From a virus (lineage: Duplodnaviria; Heunggongvirae; Uroviricota; Caudoviricetes): a stretch of 64,000 bases of DNA. The notes under the pieces are model-generated. The model was not told the DNA's origin. It saw only the letters and a program-made list of their open reading frames with translations, and ran no database searches. The stretch lies in IMG/VR virus record IMGVR_UViG_3300008107_000202. One strand, written 5' to 3'. The translations under genes and the position numbers were made by a program. This document shows positions 6,972-15,794 of the stretch, one piece after another; position 1 is the first letter of the stretch, and each line of letters begins with the position of its first letter.

Positions 6972-7361
6972 CTATTCTATCATGACTTTCTTGTTTGTCA
7001 AGTAGTTCCAGACTACTATTTGTAACTTTTTGTTTCTAGCAGTTTCAATCATGTTGCGAGTGCCAGGACTTTTTTCATCCCACAATGCAATAAGACCTTG
7101 TGCTACATTTGCCATTTGCGAATTGCGAACATGACCAGCACCTTTGAAGAATTTACCGTTAGGATACCAGTCAGCAGGATACTTGTCAACTGGAATTTGT
7201 CGCATTTCTGCAAACAACTCACCGACACGATCTGCTCCGCGAGCACAACCAGAGACTACTTCCGTGATTTTACCATAACGCTGCTCGAAGTCAAGCACTG
7301 CTGCTTTGCACTGTCGAACTTGCTCTGGTACGTCACGACTACCTGCGATGATTACTTTCAT
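6972..7361 (-). CDS. SLOG-family Rossmann protein (DUF2493/YspA-like)
   Basis: MKVIIAGSRD ... VVSGCARGADRVGE, a close match to the DUF2493 consensus. Confidence 0.65.
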   Translation of the reverse strand: MKVIIAGSRDVPEQVRQCKAAVLDFEQRYGKITEVVSGCARGADRVGELFAEMRQIPVDKYPADWYPNGKFFKGAGHVRNSQMANVAQGLIALWDEKSPGTRNMIETARNKKLQIVVWNYLTNKKVMIE

Positions 7362-7687
7362 ACTTTTTCGTAAGTAAATTCGGACTCTTCCAAGTAGTAA
7401 TACGTTTTATCATGCCTGTTGTACTCACAGGTGAGTGTACCCCTGTACATGACACCATCTACGATAAATTCTTGCCTGTACTCGTCGCATCCGACATTGT
7501 ATGCACCTTGACAGTCTTGGTATGCTCTTTGCTCAAGCATTTCTTCCACTTCACGCAAAGCAACGTCAAGAGATTCAAACACATTGTTTTCAGCTTTTGA
7601 TTCAAAGTCAAACAGTTCAGCCTCTGCATCTTCTAGTTGTTTTTTTGCAAGTGCAATTTGAGTTTTCAGTTCGTTCAGTGTTTTCAT
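7358..7687 (-). CDS. hypothetical protein (coiled-coil N-terminus)
   Basis: ORF with a 4-nt overlap with its neighbours. Confidence 0.4.
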   Translation of the reverse strand: MKTLNELKTQIALAKKQLEDAEAELFDFESKAENNVFESLDVALREVEEMLEQRAYQDCQGAYNVGCDEYRQEFIVDGVMYRGTLTCEYNRHDKTYYYLEESEFTYEKV

Positions 7688-8193
7688 TTTATACCTTTCT
7701 TAAAGCTCATCTGTGTACGTTGGATATACTCAGGCACTTCACGACCAAGAAGAACTTCTAAGAATTCTTCAGGTAGCTTCACGTTTTCAGAACGACCAGC
7801 AAACATCGGTGCAATGTCTTCTGCCTTATGACCAGCAAGACCACAACCGATGGCAGTTACCATGAACTCTAGGTTCGGATTATCACGAGCAAATCGGATG
7901 AACAGATCAACGTAGAAGCTGATGACTCCAAGTTCAAGAGTATCACTAGGAATGGCTCGACCTTCGTACTTGGTAGGGATACCATACGACTGACCTTGCA
8001 GACCAAGACCTTGACCGTAGATCGCACCGTATTTGTCAAGCGCAACTTTAGCTGCACCACTACCGTGACGACCACGACGGTTTGATCCGAATACGAAGAT
8101 TTGATTAGGTTTCAACATGATGTACTTGAACTCCTGATTGTTTGAGAAGATTGATACCATCTTCGGACTTATATACTTCACCATAGAATACAC
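7684..8193 (-). CDS. Rossmann-like protein with Gly-rich FVFGSNRRGRHGSGAA motif (LOG/SLOG-like?), function unknown
   Basis: Motif reading only. Confidence 0.35.
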   Translation of the reverse strand: MYSMVKYISPKMVSIFSNNQEFKYIMLKPNQIFVFGSNRRGRHGSGAAKVALDKYGAIYGQGLGLQGQSYGIPTKYEGRAIPSDTLELGVISFYVDLFIRFARDNPNLEFMVTAIGCGLAGHKAEDIAPMFAGRSENVKLPEEFLEVLLGREVPEYIQRTQMSFKKGIK

Positions 8194-8566
8194 TGCTTAC
8201 TCCACAGCTAAGCAGCAGCGCAGCGCAGTGCTCACAAGGTGATAGCGTAACATAGACTGTCGATCCTTTGCAAGAGATTCCTTCTCTGGCAGCTTTGATG
8301 ATGCAGTTAAGCTCAGCATGAATGACTTCTGTCTTTGTGACAAGCTCACCTGTTTTCATGTCTACTCGCTCAAGATCGTTACTACGACCTGGGGCAGTTC
8401 CATTGTAGCCAGGAAGAAGAACACCGTTGGCTGTAACCAGCAGTGCTCCTACTTTAGCTCTGACACCTTTGGAGCGTCGAGCATACATCAAAGCCTGCTG
8501 CATATGCAAGCTGTGTTCTTCTGGTTTCATTATCCCATGATCCTTTCGGCTTGAGGTACAACACAC
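8105..8566 (-). CDS. dCMP deaminase (cytidine/deoxycytidylate deaminase zinc-binding fold)
   Basis: HAELNCI ... SPCEHCAALL (H-x-E and PCxxC). Confidence 0.8.
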   Translation of the reverse strand: MCCTSSRKDHGIMKPEEHSLHMQQALMYARRSKGVRAKVGALLVTANGVLLPGYNGTAPGRSNDLERVDMKTGELVTKTEVIHAELNCIIKAAREGISCKGSTVYVTLSPCEHCAALLLSCGVSSVFYGEVYKSEDGINLLKQSGVQVHHVET

Positions 8567-8847
8567 TTTGGTTTTGGTTTATCCCAACCATTAGTAACAG
8601 TCAAAATGTACTCGTCGTTATCGTCACCCGTCAAGTCCTGAAGCTGAAGAATAAGTTCTTCGATTCGGTGCTTGGCTACTGTCAGGTCTTTCTCGGGTGA
8701 GAGTCGAATGACTGCATAGCCGTTTGGACCCGACACTATCATCGTTCGTGAACTCATCGGATTTAAAGTACCCGTGGACTCTGTAGTTTCTGCTGTCGTC
8801 TCTGAAGTAGTCGTTGAAGTCATCGTCCTCCACCATTTTCTCTCCAT
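8530..8847 (-). CDS. hypothetical protein
   Basis: ORF only. Confidence 0.3.
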   Translation of the reverse strand: MERKWWRTMTSTTTSETTAETTESTGTLNPMSSRTMIVSGPNGYAVIRLSPEKDLTVAKHRIEELILQLQDLTGDDNDEYILTVTNGWDKPKPKCVVPQAERIMG

Positions 8848-9047
8848 AATTTTACTCTGTAGATGAACTCTTGGTAATCAGGTGAATCGGATGCAAAAAT
8901 GTGAGCAATAACAACCACTGCAATAATGACTGCGGGAATCATCATGTATGCACTGTTAAAAACTGCTCCAAGAAATAGTGCAGCAATCCAAACTGAAATA
9001 CCTGTTACTTTCAAAAGATACATCCAAGGAAGATCACGCAGTTGCAT
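8820..9047 (-). CDS. small membrane protein
   Basis: Two hydrophobic segments. Confidence 0.35.
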   Translation of the reverse strand: MQLRDLPWMYLLKVTGISVWIAALFLGAVFNSAYMMIPAVIIAVVVIAHIFASDSPDYQEFIYRVKLWRENGGGR

Positions 9048-9049
9048 GA

Positions 9050-9319
9050 TTACCCCTTGATCATCTTCTTCAGCGACTTCTGAATGCGTTCTTGGTTGGC
9101 GCGGAATTGCTTACCAGTGCGAATCGAGTCACGAACAATGTTCATGATATGGAAGTTCGCTTCGGTTTCAGGCTTCGTCTTGTCAACCTGATCGTACAGC
9201 GTGTTAGCGATACCCTTCAGTTGGAACAGACGTTCGTTGGTGGTGCGCAGAAGACGCCGGTTGAACGTGATAAGGCGAGCGATGTCACCTTCGGTCAGAT
9301 GGTTAGTACGATTTGTCAT
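9050..9319 (-). CDS. hypothetical protein
   Basis: ORF only. Confidence 0.35.
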   Translation of the reverse strand: MTNRTNHLTEGDIARLITFNRRLLRTTNERLFQLKGIANTLYDQVDKTKPETEANFHIMNIVRDSIRTGKQFRANQERIQKSLKKMIKG

Positions 9320-9462
9320 TTGTATCTCCTAGTTGAGTTGAGGAAGCATCAGTTTATAGCAGCATGAATAGAAAAGCAAGCATGAAAGTGTAACAGGATC
9401 ATATACTTAGATGAATCAATGAATAGATAGATGAATACTTAAATTTTGAGTATTCCAGCGTC

Positions 9463-10002
9463 TCAAGCAAATCTAGCAAACTCGCCATACACATTCATTG
9501 CGGCAGCACAATACGCAGAGTGAGCAGATTCCTTGTCAGCAAAGTAGCCGAGGTGATGAATAACACCATTGATTGATATACATGATTTCCATTTTGATTT
9601 ACGTTTATCAAAATATACACCTTTGTATCCGCTAGTATTGTTACTTCCTAATTTCTGATTACAGTTATTTTGCATACGTGTTGCAATCCTGAGATTTGAG
9701 ATTCGATTGTCCAGCTTGTTGCAGTTAATATGATCGGTATCGTATCCGTCAGGAGCATTTATGATCAATCTGTGCATCAATATTTTTTGCCAACTACCGT
9801 CAGATTTCCTTACATCCGTAGCAGCGTATCCACTATTGAAATACCAGTTGTACTTTTCAACCAATGGAATGCTAACAATACCAATAACTGTTTCATAACC
9901 TTTTGTTAAAGGAACAATTGCTATGTCTTCACATATTTTAACTTGTCTTAGTTTCATAAATACTCCTGTAATGCTAAATACTGTTATTACTATACTTAAC
10001 AC
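9463..10002 (-). CDS. HNH endonuclease with C-terminal AP2 DNA-binding domain
   Basis: DTDHINCNKLDNRISNLR (HNH) and YKGVYFDKRKSKWKSCISINGVIHHLGYF (AP2). Confidence 0.7.
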   Translation of the reverse strand: MLSIVITVFSITGVFMKLRQVKICEDIAIVPLTKGYETVIGIVSIPLVEKYNWYFNSGYAATDVRKSDGSWQKILMHRLIINAPDGYDTDHINCNKLDNRISNLRIATRMQNNCNQKLGSNNTSGYKGVYFDKRKSKWKSCISINGVIHHLGYFADKESAHSAYCAAAMNVYGEFARFA

Positions 10003-10306
10003 ACTGATATTATTCTATACTTTAAATGTTTCGTTGTAGGAAAAGACAAGCCTTCTACAACGGCGTGATACAAAATCACCCTGTAGCGGCTCGGTCTTGG
10101 ATACTCTCGTTGTGAGGGTTCTCTAATCCTGTTATCCATCGAGGTCAGTGACTTGTCGATGTCCTTCTAGTCCAGGATTAACTTGTGCTACTGCTCAAGT
10201 CAAGTGTAACTAGGGATTCTTGGTGAATTGCACACACCCGAGAGCCTTACGGACTTCCCATACCCTTGCTGGCATTGTAACCGATCACAAAGTTGAAGTC
10301 AACCCC

Positions 10307-10334
10307 TTGACAATCCCAGAAGTCATGATATGAT
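10307..10334 (+). promoter_or_regulatory. sigma70-like promoter TTGACA-N16-TATGAT for the rightward early block
   Basis: Read directly from the divergent intergenic region 10003-10360. Confidence 0.4.
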
Positions 10335-10360
10335 GCCAACCCTTACAACTTGGAGGAACC

Positions 10361-10774
10361 ATGCCATTGCCTGACAAAAACCTAATCGTAGTCAACTCCA
10401 TCGTTACACCTGATGGCACTCGACTGTACTCTCATCATCGTCACGACTACAAGTCACACATTGACAAGAACGGTCGATACTACGCTGTAGATGGTGGTCG
10501 AGATTATCTCAAGAGAAATTACGATGAGCTAGACTATATGGAAGCTAGTCTGTCCTACGGTGATCCTCATTCTGAAATTCGTAAACATTTCATGTGGTTT
10601 TCCAGTGATGGTCGAAAGACTCTTCTGAAGGACTTGACTGCTGAACACCTTCAGGCTATCATCGCTACTCAACATCATCTTCCCGCTTACATCCATGAGC
10701 AATTTCTAAACGAAGTAGCATGGAGAGCAGAAGAATCAATCGTCAAACATGTGGAGGTACGTAAACGTGGTTAA
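10361..10774 (+). CDS. hypothetical protein
   Basis: ORF; first gene of the plus-strand block. Confidence 0.4.
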   Translation: MPLPDKNLIVVNSIVTPDGTRLYSHHRHDYKSHIDKNGRYYAVDGGRDYLKRNYDELDYMEASLSYGDPHSEIRKHFMWFSSDGRKTLLKDLTAEHLQAIIATQHHLPAYIHEQFLNEVAWRAEESIVKHVEVRKRG

Positions 10775-10937
10775 ACTTCTTGTTGCATTTCTACTTGCAA
10801 TGCTCGTTGTCTTTGTGGTAGCATACTTCGGTGCGGTAAACAAAAGCCGCTCAACTTTCTGGAAATATGTCGGTATCGGTACTACACTAGCAATTGGTGC
10901 ATTTGCTTTGCTGACAGGTGTTGTTGTATTGTTCTAA
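10749..10937 (+). CDS. small membrane protein
   Basis: Hydrophobic 62-aa ORF. Confidence 0.35.
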   Translation: MWRYVNVVKLLVAFLLAMLVVFVVAYFGAVNKSRSTFWKYVGIGTTLAIGAFALLTGVVVLF

Positions 10938-10950
10938 CTAAAGGAGAAAC

Positions 10951-11760
10951 ATGAACATTCGTAATATTGGTCGTACTCTTGCAATCGCTCTGATTGCTAT
11001 TTCTGCTGCTGCTTGTACTCGTGTCGAAACGGGTGAAGTTGGTCTGCGTGTTGACATGTCGAAACAGGTACAGATGGGTGAACTGATGCCCGGTAGCTGG
11101 AACCAGACTCTTGTTGGTGATGTGCTGACGTTCCCTGTGCGAGACATTGGTGGTAGTCTTGAAGACAAACGTCCGCTTACCAAAGATGATGTTGCACTGA
11201 AGCAAGTTGACCTGTCGTATGTATACGGTGTTAGTCCTACCGCTGTTGCTGAACTTTGGACTAAGCAACCACGCTCGTTTCACTTTGTAGATACCAAGTC
11301 AGGTGACACGTTCCTGATGGCAGTTCGAATGCAAACTCTCGTTAACAACGCCCTCTATGAAGCTGTTCGCAAGTACGGCACCAAAGAAGTTAACGACAAG
11401 CGACAAGCAATTGAACAAGATGTAAACGACATCGTTGCTCGAACTCTGAAGAACGACAAGCTCGAAGGTGTGTTGACACTGACTAGTGTACAAGTTCGTG
11501 CAATTGATCTTCCTGACAACATTCGTGACAGTGCAGCAGAAGTTGTGCGTTCACAGAATATGCTTGCTGTGAAAGCCAACGAAGTTGCGATTGCTGAAAA
11601 AGAAGCCGAACGTATGCGTGCTCTGAGTGCTAACTCTGGTCAGTCGATTGCATACATGGACGCACAAGCTCGGTTGAATATCTCTGAGGCTGTGAAGCTC
11701 GGTAAGGTTTCGACTATCGTCGTGCCGCACGACTTCAAGGGTTTCGTGAACGTTAAGTAA
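10951..11760 (+). CDS. SPFH/band-7 (HflK/prohibitin-like) lipoprotein
   Basis: Signal peptide with lipobox AAAC, then an SPFH-like core (GEVGLRV...TKDDVAL..VDLSYVYGV). Confidence 0.45.
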   Translation: MNIRNIGRTLAIALIAISAAACTRVETGEVGLRVDMSKQVQMGELMPGSWNQTLVGDVLTFPVRDIGGSLEDKRPLTKDDVALKQVDLSYVYGVSPTAVAELWTKQPRSFHFVDTKSGDTFLMAVRMQTLVNNALYEAVRKYGTKEVNDKRQAIEQDVNDIVARTLKNDKLEGVLTLTSVQVRAIDLPDNIRDSAAEVVRSQNMLAVKANEVAIAEKEAERMRALSANSGQSIAYMDAQARLNISEAVKLGKVSTIVVPHDFKGFVNVK

Positions 11761-11764
11761 ACCA

Positions 11765-11787
11765 GGGAGCTTCGGCTCCCTTCTTTT
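11765..11787 (+). terminator. Rho-independent terminator GGGAGC-TTCG-GCTCCC + TTCTTTT
   Basis: Hairpin plus U-run. Confidence 0.55.
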
Positions 11788-11799
11788 GATTGGAAAAAC

Positions 11800-12036
11800 A
11801 TGTGGAACTATCGACTAGTACAAATTGAAGAACTTGGTGACATTACAGTAGAAGTCTGTGAGGTTTACTACGACCACGATCAAGTGCCTCACGGTTACTG
11901 TGCTGCTAAGCTATTCACAACTCCCGACACAGACGGTGATCCGAAGGCTTCTATCCGATGGACACTTGACCGCATGCAGGAAGCTGTGCAGAAACCCATT
12001 CTGCATTATCCCCAAGACTTTACAGGAAAAAGTTGA
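11800..12036 (+). CDS. hypothetical protein
   Basis: ORF only. Confidence 0.35.
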   Translation: MWNYRLVQIEELGDITVEVCEVYYDHDQVPHGYCAAKLFTTPDTDGDPKASIRWTLDRMQEAVQKPILHYPQDFTGKS

Positions 12037-12120
12037 CACCGAACCAGCAAGCTGCTATCATTCACAGCATCAACATCGTACTCGGTGTTTTGAACAACCA
12101 GATTCAATAAAGGAAACATA

Positions 12121-13182
12121 ATGACAGAACGTGCTCTAGCTACCATCCGTAAGATTGAAGAAATTGCCCCCATTGAAGGGGCAGACAAGATCGAAGTTGC
12201 CCGTGTTGGTGGCTGGCGTGTTGTCGTGAAGAAGGGTGAATTCCAAGTCGGTCAACTCGCTGTATACTTCGAAATCGACTCGTGGATTCCTCACGATCTT
12301 GCTCCGTTCCTGACTCGTCCTGGCAAGGAACCTGCTGAGTTCAATGGTGTCAAGGGTCAGCGTCTGCGCACGGTTCGTCTGCGTGGTCAAATCTCGCAAG
12401 GTCTACTGCTGCCCATTATTGACACATGTGGAATGGACTTTATTGGTTTTACTGTTAATGGTTTTTTTGTTACAGGTAACTATAACGAAGGTGATGATTT
12501 CACTGAAAAGTTGAATGTTCAGAAGTGGGAAAAGCCTATTCCTTCGAACATGCAAGGTATCATGCGTGGTAACTTCCCTTCGTGTGTACCGAAGACTGAT
12601 CAAGAGCGTGTGCAAAACATCAAGACTTCCGTTCTTGAGCAGTACGTTGGTCATCATTTCGAAGTAACTGAAAAGATGGACGGTTCAAGCTGTACCATGC
12701 TGCTTGACTCTGAAGGTCTGTTTCATGTATGCTCTCGTAACGTTGACCTCGAACGTGATGAGTCGAATGTCTACTGGCAAATGGCTATCAAGTATGATGT
12801 TAAAGCTAAGCTTCGTGAACTGATTGCTCTTGGTGGTTCAATGGCTATTCAAGGTGAAATCTGCGGTCCTGGTATTCAAGGCAATCAGTATGAATTTACT
12901 GAACCGGATTTCTTTGTGTACGACATGTATGACCCCGGTACTGCAACATATTGTCCTCCAGGTATTCGACAATCCATTGTGGAGGCACTAGGTCTAAAGC
13001 ATGTTCCTGTTATCGTGATGGGTACACTACAAAGTGCTAATCGTGATGTGCTACTGGAAGACGCCAAGGATTGTTCAGTGTTTAATAAAACACCACGAGA
13101 AGGTCTGGTGTTCAAGCTGAATTCTAAGGATCGTTTTAGCTTCAAGGTAATCAGCAACGACTGGCTGGAGAAGTACGAATAG
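12121..13182 (+). CDS. ATP-dependent RNA ligase, Rnl5 (Naegleria/Deinococcus)-like: N-terminal domain plus C-terminal nucleotidyltransferase
   Basis: Motif I EKMDGSS, motif IV EGLVFK, motif V FKVIS; no C-terminal OB domain. Confidence 0.5.
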   Translation: MTERALATIRKIEEIAPIEGADKIEVARVGGWRVVVKKGEFQVGQLAVYFEIDSWIPHDLAPFLTRPGKEPAEFNGVKGQRLRTVRLRGQISQGLLLPIIDTCGMDFIGFTVNGFFVTGNYNEGDDFTEKLNVQKWEKPIPSNMQGIMRGNFPSCVPKTDQERVQNIKTSVLEQYVGHHFEVTEKMDGSSCTMLLDSEGLFHVCSRNVDLERDESNVYWQMAIKYDVKAKLRELIALGGSMAIQGEICGPGIQGNQYEFTEPDFFVYDMYDPGTATYCPPGIRQSIVEALGLKHVPVIVMGTLQSANRDVLLEDAKDCSVFNKTPREGLVFKLNSKDRFSFKVISNDWLEKYE

Positions 13183-13192
13183 GAGGTACATC

Positions 13193-14908
13193 ATAGGAAT
13201 TTTCGTAAGACACACATCTTGTGACTCCTGTGGAAGCTCAGACGGGCGAGCCCTCTACCAAGACGGCTCGTTTTATTGTTGGGTTTGCCAAAAAGGTAAA
13301 GCATCACAGGAATACATAGAGTCACTAGGTGGTGACAAGTCTAAACCAAAACGACAGGAGAAGCCATTGCTTGACCTAACAATCAAACCTAGCGGTAAAG
13401 AACGAATCAGTGCAGAAGATTGGCAGAATATCAAAGATAATACCACAACGGATGTTTCTTATCGTGGTATTCGTCCAGAGACTAATCGTAAATTCGGAGT
13501 ACGATACGCTGTAGACGCAGAAGGTAACGTTCTCACGCAGTATTGCCCTATCACAAAAGGCGGTGAGCTATCCGGCCTGAAGCGTCGGGATCACCCGAAA
13601 GAATTCTCAGGTATTGCTGTGACAGGCGCAGAGTGCGATCTGTTTATGCAGCACAAGTTCAAGTCAGGAGGCAAGTACGTTGTCCTTACGGAAGGTGAAA
13701 TCGATGCGCTCTCAGCGTATCAAATGCTCAACGACTACAACCGTTCGCGTGGTTCCGATTTCGAGACTGCCGTGGTTTCTGCGACAACTGGCGCGAATAG
13801 CTATAAGCAAATTGCTGCGCAGTATAAGTTCTTTGACTCGTTCGACAACATCATCCTCTGTCTTGATACAGACGAAGCTGGTCAGGATGCCCAGGAGCAA
13901 ATCGTCAAGGTTCTCCCAAAGGGTAAGATCAAGGTAATGAAGCTGAAGTTCAAGGATGCTAACGAATACCTCAAGCGTGAGAATCCTAGAGACTTTATCA
14001 CAGCGTTCTATGACGCACAACCTTATGTCCCTCTTGGTGTAGTAGGCTCTGGTTCTCTGTATGATGCTGTGTTGAATCAAGCACTGATGAAACGTATTCC
14101 GTTTCCGAAGTTCATGGGTGAAGCGAACATCATGCTCTGTGGTGGTATTCCACTTGGACACATCATCAACCTTGCAGCACTGACTGGTGCAGGTAAGACG
14201 ACTGTAGTTAACGAAATCATCTACGAGTGGATTTTCACTTCACCACATATGCTCGGTATTGTGAGTCTGGAACTCGACAAGGGTCAGTATGGTGAAGCAC
14301 TGCTTAGCCGACACTTGAGCCGCAAGATTGCCCTGTTCTCTGACGACGAAGCACGCATGCGATTCCTTACCTCAGAAGAGGTCAAGACTAAAGCTACAGA
14401 ATTGTTTATGAAGGATGGTAGCAATCACCGCTTCTACGTCCTAGATAACCGAGACGGAAGTGTTGAAGAAATCCAAGCTGCCATCGAGGAACTGATCGTT
14501 GCGTGTGGTTGTCGTGTGATCGTTCTAGACCCATTGCAGGATATCATGGCTGGTGTTTCGGTTGAAAAGCAGGAAGAGTTCATGCAGTGGATGAAAGGTA
14601 TGATCAAGAGCCACAAGGTTTCTTTCATTCTGATTAACCACATCCGAAAGTCAGCGGCTGGTTCCAACAGTGGTGAATTCGGTGAAGAAGATATTCAAGG
14701 TAGTTCGACCATCATCAAGTCGGCTTCTGTGACTATTCTTCTGTATCGTGATAAGAACCACGAAGACCCTGTTATGCGAAACACAACAAGAATGGTCATG
14801 CCGAAGAATCGTATCACAGGTATTACTGGTCCTGCTGGTGAAATCTACTACGACAATGAAACCCATACTCTGTTTAACAAGGCAGAGTTCTTTGGTGGAA
14901 CGACATGA
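13193..14908 (+). CDS. T7 gp4-like primase-helicase (Zn ribbon, TOPRIM, DnaB-like helicase); translation must start upstream of the first canonical start (13367)
   Basis: In-frame CDSCGSSDGRALYQDGSFYCWVCQ matches the T7 gp4 N-terminus. Walker A LTGAGKTT. SD AGGAGG at 13181-13186 is followed by ATC/ATA only. Confidence 0.8.
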   Translation: MGIFVRHTSCDSCGSSDGRALYQDGSFYCWVCQKGKASQEYIESLGGDKSKPKRQEKPLLDLTIKPSGKERISAEDWQNIKDNTTTDVSYRGIRPETNRKFGVRYAVDAEGNVLTQYCPITKGGELSGLKRRDHPKEFSGIAVTGAECDLFMQHKFKSGGKYVVLTEGEIDALSAYQMLNDYNRSRGSDFETAVVSATTGANSYKQIAAQYKFFDSFDNIILCLDTDEAGQDAQEQIVKVLPKGKIKVMKLKFKDANEYLKRENPRDFITAFYDAQPYVPLGVVGSGSLYDAVLNQALMKRIPFPKFMGEANIMLCGGIPLGHIINLAALTGAGKTTVVNEIIYEWIFTSPHMLGIVSLELDKGQYGEALLSRHLSRKIALFSDDEARMRFLTSEEVKTKATELFMKDGSNHRFYVLDNRDGSVEEIQAAIEELIVACGCRVIVLDPLQDIMAGVSVEKQEEFMQWMKGMIKSHKVSFILINHIRKSAAGSNSGEFGEEDIQGSSTIIKSASVTILLYRDKNHEDPVMRNTTRMVMPKNRITGITGPAGEIYYDNETHTLFNKAEFFGGTT

Positions 14909-15135
14909 GACTAAGATGGAAAATCCAGAGTGATGTTCCAAACTCTAGACCTGTGCTACAGTTCTGGCAACGGGAATCCATCATGAGTGAATTGTCAGGA
15001 TTAGACTATTCAGAAAATGGTAGATGGGTGAATGTCCCTGTGGTGATTGAACCTAGTGGACCAGGGGAAACACCATCGTGTTGTGATGGTGGTAATTGGT
15101 GGGGACATCATGAATCTTGCCCAAACGTGCGCTAG
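14905..15135 (+). CDS. hypothetical Cys-rich small protein
   Basis: ORF only. Confidence 0.3.
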   Translation: MRLRWKIQSDVPNSRPVLQFWQRESIMSELSGLDYSENGRWVNVPVVIEPSGPGETPSCCDGGNWWGHHESCPNVR

Positions 15136-15142
15136 ACAAATA

Positions 15143-15173
15143 GCCTACCCGTGTGGTAGGCTTTCCTTTTTTA
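15143..15173 (+). terminator. Rho-independent terminator AGCCTACC-CGTGT-GGTAGGCT + TTCCTTTTTT
   Basis: Hairpin plus U-run. Confidence 0.6.
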
Positions 15174-15176
15174 CAC

Positions 15177-15205
15177 TTGACTTTTCTGTATTTATGATGT
15201 AGAAT
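15177..15205 (+). promoter_or_regulatory. sigma70-like promoter TTGACT-N17-TAGAAT
   Basis: Read directly; precedes the ORF at 15243. Confidence 0.5.
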
Positions 15206-15242
15206 AGTATTCTTTGTCTTTAACCACCTTACAGGAATATCA

Positions 15243-15794
15243 ATGAAACAATGTAAAGACTGCAAAGAATATCGAAGCCTCACAGACTACTATATCTGCA
15301 ATAAAAAACCTCTGCGTTACTACTCGTCGTGTAAAGAATGTACAAAATTAAAGTCTAGAAGTAAATACGCAAATCTATCAGAAGAGCAAAAAAACATAGA
15401 ACGAAAGAAAAGACTTGATAGTCTCGATAGAGAAAGAGCAAAAGCTAGAAGTACAAAACACTATTCCACAGTAGAAGGTAGGGCCAAGACTCTATTGAAA
15501 GGTGTCAAGGATAGAGATGTTTCTCACGATCTTGATCTACAATGGTTCATTGACAAGCTTCAGGTCGGTAAGTGTGAAGTTACAGGTATTCCGTTTGATT
15601 TCAACCCTCACCCTGTTTACAAGAAGAACCCAATGTCACCATCTATCGACAGAATCAACTCATCTCTTGGTTATCAAAAAGAAAACTGTAGAATGGTAGT
15701 GTGGCAATATAATATGGGCAAAGGTGAAACGTCCGACTCGGAATTCTTAGAGTTTTGTAGAAAACTCGTATCAAAATACAAGGAAGAACAATGA
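15243..15794 (+). CDS. Zn-finger / His-Me-finger (HNH-family) endonuclease-like protein
   Basis: N-terminal CxxC..CxxC; C-terminal SIDRINSSLGYQKENCRMVVWQYNMGKG. Confidence 0.45.
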   Translation: MKQCKDCKEYRSLTDYYICNKKPLRYYSSCKECTKLKSRSKYANLSEEQKNIERKKRLDSLDRERAKARSTKHYSTVEGRAKTLLKGVKDRDVSHDLDLQWFIDKLQVGKCEVTGIPFDFNPHPVYKKNPMSPSIDRINSSLGYQKENCRMVVWQYNMGKGETSDSEFLEFCRKLVSKYKEEQ

